From the IMG/VR virus record IMGVR_UViG_3300045988_076321: DNA of 36,548 nt. One strand, 5' to 3'. Below the pieces are notes generated by a model. It was given only the letters and a program-made list of their open reading frames with translations. It was not told the origin of the DNA and did no database searches. This DNA is from a virus. The position numbers were made by a program, and so were the translations under genes. Of this stretch, positions 31,450 to 36,548 are shown one piece after another; position 1 is the first letter of the stretch; every line of letters starts with the position of its first letter.

Positions 31450-31952
31450 TGAAGCGTTTTCTGACCGGCGTCCTGTCCATCATCGCGGGAACGGCCCTGG
31501 TGCTGACGTCCTTCGCCGGTGCGTGTTCCGAAGACACCGGAAGTGTAAACGGACCACCCGCCCAGGAAACGCCGTCAACGGCCTTCCGGGGGCCTTCTGG
31601 AACCCTTTCCGAAACGGAAACAGTTCCGGAGCCGGAACCGGAATGGATCGAAGCCGTGGCGACCGCGTACTGTCCATGTGAACGGTGCTGTGGTTCCTGG
31701 GCGCTGAACCGGCCGGACGGGATCGTCTACACCGCCAGCGGCGCCGAAGCTGTCCAGGGCGTGACGATCGCCGCCGACTGGTCGATCTACCCGCCAGGGA
31801 CCGTCCTGTTCGTGGAAGGCCTGGGCGAAATGGTCGTCCAGGACCGCGGCGGAGCGATCCAGGGCCAGAAGATCGACGTCTACTTCGAGAGCCACGACGA
31901 CGCCCTTCAGTTCGGCCGCCAGAATGTCCGGTTCTACATAGTGAACGACTGA
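31446..31952 (+). CDS. Secreted/lipoprotein 3D-domain protein (RlpA/MltA-like double-psi beta-barrel)
   Basis: Signal peptide MMKRFLTGVLSIIAGTALVLTSFAGAC with a lipobox-like AGAC. The C-terminus ...ATAYCPCERCCG...TASGAEAVQGVTIAADWSIYPPGTVLFVEGLGEMVVQDRGGAIQGQKIDVYF is the 3D-domain signature. Confidence 0.75.
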   Translation: MMKRFLTGVLSIIAGTALVLTSFAGACSEDTGSVNGPPAQETPSTAFRGPSGTLSETETVPEPEPEWIEAVATAYCPCERCCGSWALNRPDGIVYTASGAEAVQGVTIAADWSIYPPGTVLFVEGLGEMVVQDRGGAIQGQKIDVYFESHDDALQFGRQNVRFYIVND

Positions 31953-32032
31953 AAGAAGCTGAAATCAAATGATAGCACGGGCAAGCGGACGAAGTCCGAC
32001 TTGCTATCGTGCAGAAAGGAAACAGAACAGAC

Positions 32033-32440
32033 ATGGAGATCAAAGACATCGTTCAGAAGGCACACGACAACGCCGTCAAGCACGGCTTCTGGGACCCACC
32101 CCTTCCCTTCGGGACGGCGATCGCGCTGATCCATAGCGAACTTTCCGAAGCCCTGGAAGAGGAACGCGCCGGCCGGCCCCTGGTCTGGTATCATTGCACG
32201 GAGGGCGACCCGTCCCTTCCCTGTGACCCCGCGGACGAAACCGAGTGCTTCCAGTACGGCCACGAAGACGCCTGTCAGTACAGAAACCAGAAGCCCGAAG
32301 GCGTGGCCGTGGAACTGGCCGACGCCGTGATCCGGATCGCTGACCTGTGCGGCCACCTGGGAATCGACCTGGACGCCGTGATCGCGGAGAAGATGGCCTA
32401 CAACGCCGGTCGCCCCTATAAGCACGGGAAGCGGTTCTGA
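32033..32440 (+). CDS. MazG-like nucleoside triphosphate pyrophosphohydrolase
   Basis: ...KHGFWD...IALIHSELSEALEEER...EGVAVELADAVIRIADLCGHLGIDLDAVIAEKMAYNAGRP shows the EExxE / ExxD MazG pattern. GTG 32009 is an alternative start. Confidence 0.7.
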   Translation: MEIKDIVQKAHDNAVKHGFWDPPLPFGTAIALIHSELSEALEEERAGRPLVWYHCTEGDPSLPCDPADETECFQYGHEDACQYRNQKPEGVAVELADAVIRIADLCGHLGIDLDAVIAEKMAYNAGRPYKHGKRF

Positions 32441-32454
32441 AAGGCGGCGACACC

Positions 32455-32856
32455 ATGAATCAAGTTCAACTGATCGGTCGAATGGCCCGTGAGCCGGAAT
32501 TAAGGCGCACGGAGAAGGGGACGCCTGTCGTGTCCTTCGCCCTGGCCGTCGACCGCCGCTTCCAGCGTGACACCGTGGATTTTGTGGACTGCGTGGCGTG
32601 GCGCGGGACGGCGGAGTTCGTGAACAAGTATTTCCGCAAGGGGAAGCGCGTCGCCCTGACCGGTTCAATCCAGGTCCGAAAGTGGAAGGACAAGGAAGGC
32701 AATGACCGGAAGACGGTCGAAGTGGTCGCCGATTCCGTGGAGTTCGCCGACGGCAAGGACCAGGGCGCCGGTTCCTACGCCGCCGACCAGATGGCCGCCG
32801 CCGCGGACCAGCAGTTCACGGAGGTTGAAGACGACGACGGAGAACTTCCGTTCTGA
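32455..32856 (+). CDS. ssb: Single-stranded DNA-binding protein
   Basis: MNQVQLIGRMAREPELRRTEKGTPVVSFALAVDR...VDCVAWRGTAEFVNKYFRKGKRVALTGSIQVRKW forms an OB fold, with an acidic C-terminal tip DDDGELPF. Confidence 0.9.
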   Translation: MNQVQLIGRMAREPELRRTEKGTPVVSFALAVDRRFQRDTVDFVDCVAWRGTAEFVNKYFRKGKRVALTGSIQVRKWKDKEGNDRKTVEVVADSVEFADGKDQGAGSYAADQMAAAADQQFTEVEDDDGELPF

Positions 32857-32876
32857 CACCCCCCAGAAGAAAGGCG

Positions 32877-33395
32877 GTGAAACGCATGGATCAGAACGAA
32901 AAGGAAGAGAAGCGGAAGGCCTGGGTACGCTTCCGCGTCATGGACGTCCTTCGCAACCACGACCAGGAAGCGCGCGTCATAGAATCCCAGATCGCGGCGG
33001 AGCGGGCCGCCCTGGCCGAAGACCTGAAGGAAATCCTGGAATCCGCCTTCCCTTCCAGCCAGCTTTCCGACGCCGGCGTCCGCGTCCAGTCCTCCCCAGA
33101 CCCAGACGCCCGAATGGTGAACATGGTCACACGGACGGAGAAGCGCCGGAACACCGCCGACCGCCGGATCGGCACCCTGGAACGTCAGGCCCAGCAGATC
33201 GAAGACGTCCTGTCCGCGATCCTGGACATGGACAGTCAATCGAAGTGCGTCCTTCTGGCCTTGTATTACCCCTTCCGATCCTACAAAGAAGCGGCTGACT
33301 TCCTCCACATGGCGAAGGCCACGATCTACCGCCAGAGGAAAACGGCCCTGGACTCCCTATTCGCCACCATGTATAAATCCGATTCCTTCCGCTGA
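32877..33395 (+). CDS. Late-gene transcriptional regulator (sigma-70 region-4-like HTH; ArpU/RinA/DUF1492-like)
   Basis: It is the last gene before terS. The C-terminus ...CVLLALYYPFRSYKEAADFLHMAKATIYRQRKTALDSLF resembles a sigma region 4 HTH. The start is GTG 32877 or ATG 32886. Confidence 0.5.
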   Translation: MKRMDQNEKEEKRKAWVRFRVMDVLRNHDQEARVIESQIAAERAALAEDLKEILESAFPSSQLSDAGVRVQSSPDPDARMVNMVTRTEKRRNTADRRIGTLERQAQQIEDVLSAILDMDSQSKCVLLALYYPFRSYKEAADFLHMAKATIYRQRKTALDSLFATMYKSDSFR

Positions 33396-33425
33396 AAGAT
33401 GAATACAGGTGAATACACATGAGAC

Positions 33426-33454
33426 TTTCAATCTGCGAATCCATGTGGTAGAAT
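33426..33454 (+). promoter_or_regulatory. Candidate activator-dependent late promoter (weak -35 TTTCAA, extended -10 TGgTAGAAT)
   Basis: TG at 33446-33447 and TAGAAT at 33449-33454. Two GAATACA direct repeats (33401-33407 and 33411-33417) lie just upstream. Confidence 0.3.
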
Positions 33455-33492
33455 TATAGTCGGGAACAGCGTGTTCCCCCTCCTTTTGAATA

Positions 33493-33535
33493 GGGTACAG
33501 AAAGACGTCCTTTCGGGGGCGTCTTTTTTGTACCC
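33493..33535 (+). terminator. Rho-independent terminator in the late-operon leader
   Basis: gggtacagaaagacgtcc-tttc-gggggcgtcttttttgtaccc forms a long imperfect hairpin with an embedded T6 run, 38 nt upstream of the terS ATG. Confidence 0.7.
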
Positions 33536-33572
33536 GCTTTCAGAGGATCACGAAGAAAGGACGGTGTGAATC

Positions 33573-34100
33573 ATGGCGAAGATCACGAAGAAGAATGAAG
33601 TCTTCTGTGAAGAATATCTGATCGACCTGAACGCGACCCAGGCCGCGATCCGCGCCGGATATTCTCCGGATTCTGCGGGAAGTATTGGATTCGAATTGCT
33701 GAAGAAACCTGAAATTCGCGCGCGCATTGATCAGGCGATGGCCGAAAGGTCGAAGCGGACGGGGATCAATGCCGACCGCGTCCTTCGCGAACTGGGAAGG
33801 ATCGCCTTCCTGAACCCGAAGGACGTGATCGACCTGAACACGGCTGAAGTCCTGGACACGGCCACCGACGACGACCTGGCGGTGATCGCCGGCGTCAAGG
33901 TGAAGTATGTCCCACACAAGGACTTCGATGAAGACGGCGAACCTGTCATTGAACAGGCAATCGAACGCGAAGTGAAGATGGCCGACAAGCTGAAGGCCCT
34001 GGAACTGTGTGGTCGTCACCTGGGAATGTTCAAGGACAATCCCGAAGGGAACGCACCTGTGACGGTGGTGATCAACTATGACTACGGCGGCGAAGATTGA
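33573..34100 (+). CDS. Terminase small subunit (Terminase_2/P27 family)
   Basis: ...KNEVFCEEYLIDLNATQAAIRAGYSPDSAGSIGFELLKKPEIRARIDQ... is the classic terS HTH signature. Confidence 0.9.
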   Translation: MAKITKKNEVFCEEYLIDLNATQAAIRAGYSPDSAGSIGFELLKKPEIRARIDQAMAERSKRTGINADRVLRELGRIAFLNPKDVIDLNTAEVLDTATDDDLAVIAGVKVKYVPHKDFDEDGEPVIEQAIEREVKMADKLKALELCGRHLGMFKDNPEGNAPVTVVINYDYGGED

Positions 34101-35349
34101 GTTCAAGGCGTCCGCCCAGTTCAACCCAGTCTTCCGCCCTGTCAATGAGTGGCGCGGCCGCTATCGTATTCTGAAGGGATCGGCCGGTTCCGGAAAGTCC
34201 GTGAACATCGCCCAGGACTACATAGCAAAGCTTTCTGACCCCGCCTATACCGGCGCGAACCTTCTGGTCGTCCGAAAGATCGAGGAAACGAACCGCGATT
34301 CCACCTTCGCGGAACTTCAGGCCGCGATCTATCGAATGTTCGGCCCATACGCTGACCGCTTCTGGAAGGTCAACCTGAACCCCCTGGCCCTGGAATGTAA
34401 GATCACGGGGAACCGGATCATATTCCGCGGCGTGAAGGACCAGCGTCAGCGCGAGAAGGTGAAGTCGATCACCTTCAAGAACGGAAAACTTGTCTGGATA
34501 TGGTGCGAGGAAGCGACGGAACTTCTTTCTGAAGACGTTGACATTCTGGACGACCGTCTTCGCGGCAAGCTGGACGGCATGAATCCGAACCTGTACTACC
34601 AGATCACAATGACCTTCAACCCCGTCAGCGCGACGCATTGGATCAAGGCCAGATACTTCGACAAGGCCGATCCGGACGTTCTGGCCCATCATTCCACCTA
34701 TAAGACGAACCGGTTCATAGACCCCGCCTATTATCGCCGTATGGAGCGCCGCAAGGAAGAAGACCCTGAAGGCTATCGCGTCTACGGCCTGGGCGAATGG
34801 GGCGAACTGGGCGGCCTGATCCTGACGAACTTCGAAGTCCACGACTTCAAGGTCAACAGGGACGCCTTCGACGCCTTCTACTACGGCCAGGACTTCGGCT
34901 ATAACCATGCGAACGCGATCCTTGGCGTCGGCTGGAAGGACGGAGAAGTCTATATCTGTTCCGAAATCTATGTCTTCGAGAAGGACACCGAAGAGATCAT
35001 CGGCCTTGCAAATCAGGCGAAGGTTGACCGGCGTGTGGAAATGTTCTGTGATTCCGCGGAGCCGGACCGGATCAAGACCTGGCAGAAGGCCGGCTTCCGC
35101 GCCTACCCCGTGAAGAAAGAGCCTGGAAGCGTGAAGGCACAAATCGACTGGCTGAAGGGCCGGAAAATCCACATTCACCCTTCCTGTGTGAACGTCCTGA
35201 AGGAAGTTCAACAATGGAAGTGGAAAAAGGACCCGACCACGGGCCTTTATATCGACGAACCCGTGGAGTTCATGGACGACGCTATGGCGGCCCTTCGCTA
35301 CTCCGTCGAACGACTCCGCCGCGGTTCCGCTATTGAAGTTTTGAAATAA
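34078..35349 (+). CDS. Terminase large subunit (PBSX/Terminase_3 family)
   Basis: 423 aa. Walker A is ILKGSAGSGKS and Walker B-like is VWIWCEEATE. A C-terminal nuclease region is present. The gene overlaps terS. Confidence 0.9.
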   Translation: MTTAAKIEFKASAQFNPVFRPVNEWRGRYRILKGSAGSGKSVNIAQDYIAKLSDPAYTGANLLVVRKIEETNRDSTFAELQAAIYRMFGPYADRFWKVNLNPLALECKITGNRIIFRGVKDQRQREKVKSITFKNGKLVWIWCEEATELLSEDVDILDDRLRGKLDGMNPNLYYQITMTFNPVSATHWIKARYFDKADPDVLAHHSTYKTNRFIDPAYYRRMERRKEEDPEGYRVYGLGEWGELGGLILTNFEVHDFKVNRDAFDAFYYGQDFGYNHANAILGVGWKDGEVYICSEIYVFEKDTEEIIGLANQAKVDRRVEMFCDSAEPDRIKTWQKAGFRAYPVKKEPGSVKAQIDWLKGRKIHIHPSCVNVLKEVQQWKWKKDPTTGLYIDEPVEFMDDAMAALRYSVERLRRGSAIEVLK

Positions 35350-35363
35350 GGGAGTGACACCAC

Positions 35364-36548
35364 ATGGCCGAATATTCCGTCATGGACCGGATCAATATGA
35401 TCATTTCCGATCCGGACCACGCGACAATGACCCTGGCCCAGATCGTGACCGAAGAAATCAGGGAGTTTAAGGCATCCGAGCAGTACGCGAACATGATCCA
35501 GGCCGAAGCCTATTACAGAAACCGGACCGACGTCCAGCGGAAGACGAACGACGTCGCGAACCGGTCGAATACCAGGATCGAACACCCGATTCTGAAGAAG
35601 CTGGTCGACCAGAAGGCGAACTACCTTCTGGGGAAGCCCTTCACCGTGGACACGAAGAACAGTTCCTACGGCGACGCCCTGAACGACGTCTTCGACCAGA
35701 CCTTCCGCCGGAAGATTAAGTCCCTGGGGAAGGGCGCTGTGAAGTCCGGTATTGCATGGCTTCAGCCCTACTTCGACGACGGGAAACTGGCCTTCATGCG
35801 AATCCCGTCCGCGGAACTGGTCCCGATCTGGCGCGACGCAGAGCGAACGAAGCTGGACGCCTTCATTCGCTTCTATGACCAGGTGATCTACATCGGCACC
35901 AGGAAGCACACGATCACCCACGCCGAACTGTGGTGGACCGGCGGCGTCAAGTATTTCAAAACCGACGCCTTCGCCGGCACCATCGCCGGCGACTTCATCG
36001 TCGACACCGAACACGGCGACGAAGCCAACGACTACACCGAACCCCATTTCACCGTCGGCGACAAGGCCTACAACTGGGACACCGTCCCGATCGTCTGGCT
36101 GAAGTACAACGAAGAGGAACTTCCCCTTTGCTACTTCATCAAGGACCTGATCGACGACATCAACTGGCAGACGTCCGTGACCGCCGACGTTCTCCGCGAC
36201 GTGGCGAAGTTCATCTATATCCTGAAGAACTACGGCGGCCAGGACTTGGGCGAGTTCATCAAGGACCTGAAGGAACACATGGCGATCAAAGTCACCACCG
36301 ACGGCGGTGTGGACAAACTTCAGGCCGATCTTAATATCGACGCCGTCATGGCCTTCCTGGATAAACAGCGACGCGACGTCTACGACTTCGCCGCGGCCGT
36401 CGACACGAAGGACCCTGACCTGGGGAACGCGTCCGGAACGGCGATCAATTTCCGCTATATGGACCTGTCGTCCGACTGCGATTCCCTGGCGACCGAACTG
36501 AAGGACACCTTCCAGCGCCTGAAACTGTTCATCGACGTTTACCTTCAG
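35364..36548 (+). CDS. Portal protein (SPP1 gp6-like), N-terminal part; continues at 142..450 of the window through the circular junction
   Basis: ATG 35364 lies after RBS aagggag. I translated by hand and the frame is open to the window end. The total reconstructed length is about 497 aa. Confidence 0.85.
   Translation, partial: MAEYSVMDRINMIISDPDHATMTLAQIVTEEIREFKASEQYANMIQAEAYYRNRTDVQRKTNDVANRSNTRIEHPILKKLVDQKANYLLGKPFTVDTKNSSYGDALNDVFDQTFRRKIKSLGKGAVKSGIAWLQPYFDDGKLAFMRIPSAELVPIWRDAERTKLDAFIRFYDQVIYIGTRKHTITHAELWWTGGVKYFKTDAFAGTIAGDFIVDTEHGDEANDYTEPHFTVGDKAYNWDTVPIVWLKYNEEELPLCYFIKDLIDDINWQTSVTADVLRDVAKFIYILKNYGGQDLGEFIKDLKEHMAIKVTTDGGVDKLQADLNIDAVMAFLDKQRRDVYDFAAAVDTKDPDLGNASGTAINFRYMDLSSDCDSLATELKDTFQRLKLFIDVYLQ
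36408..36548. repeat. Terminal direct repeat, identical to 1..141
   Basis: Same 141-nt string as the window start. Confidence 0.9.

Noticed and set aside
31971-32008. Hairpin GCAAGCGGAC-gaa-GTCCG(a)CTTGC between the 3D-domain gene and the MazG gene, considered as a terminator.
   Set aside because: It has no downstream T-run and lies within a continuous operon, so it is more likely a 5' UTR structure or coincidental. Evidence is too weak to annotate.
1-36548. Looked for tRNA, tmRNA, rRNA and CRISPR arrays.
   Set aside because: No cloverleaf-compatible segments or spacer-repeat arrays were noticed. Intergenic space is tiny apart from the regulatory gaps described. This is a by-eye assessment, so a tRNAscan-type run would be needed to be definitive.

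Overview
The window is a complete, circularly closed phage genome. The first 141 nt are identical to the last 141 nt, giving a unit length of about 36,407 bp. All genes but one are on the + strand, they are densely packed, and they carry strong AGGAGG-type RBSs, which suggests a GC-rich Firmicutes/Clostridia host (inference). The module order is terS, terL, an SPP1-type portal (which wraps the window ends), MuF, scaffold, capsid and neck. A PBSX/Xkd-like contractile tail follows: sheath, tube, a chaperone with a -1 frameshift, tape measure, LysM protein, baseplate and fibre. After that come a diversity-generating retroelement (DGR), a lysis cassette, a small lysogeny/regulation island (XRE, RHH, IS30-type DDE transposase, no canonical integrase), a recombination/replication early operon, a late regulator, and terS again. 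The standout system is the DGR: avd, a 105-nt template repeat (TR), and an RT. It has two variable repeats. VR1 lies in the middle of a 568-aa fibre-like protein immediately downstream of, and overlapping, the RT. VR2 lies about 10.7 kb away in a 198-aa protein with no signal peptide, embedded in the early replication operon. VR1 and VR2 differ from the TR at 13 and 18 positions respectively, and every one of these is a TR adenine. Other items worth follow-up are listed here:
- a MuF protein with a toxin-like C-terminal domain plus a small immunity-like ORF
- an apparently circularly permuted C5 DNA methyltransferase
- a consensus promoter with an embedded perfect 20-bp palindrome
- duplicated 18-bp operators
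- a terminator-containing late leader
- a hexamer-repeat candidate origin inside the replication gene
All calls come from reading the sequence and from remembered family signatures. No searches were run.
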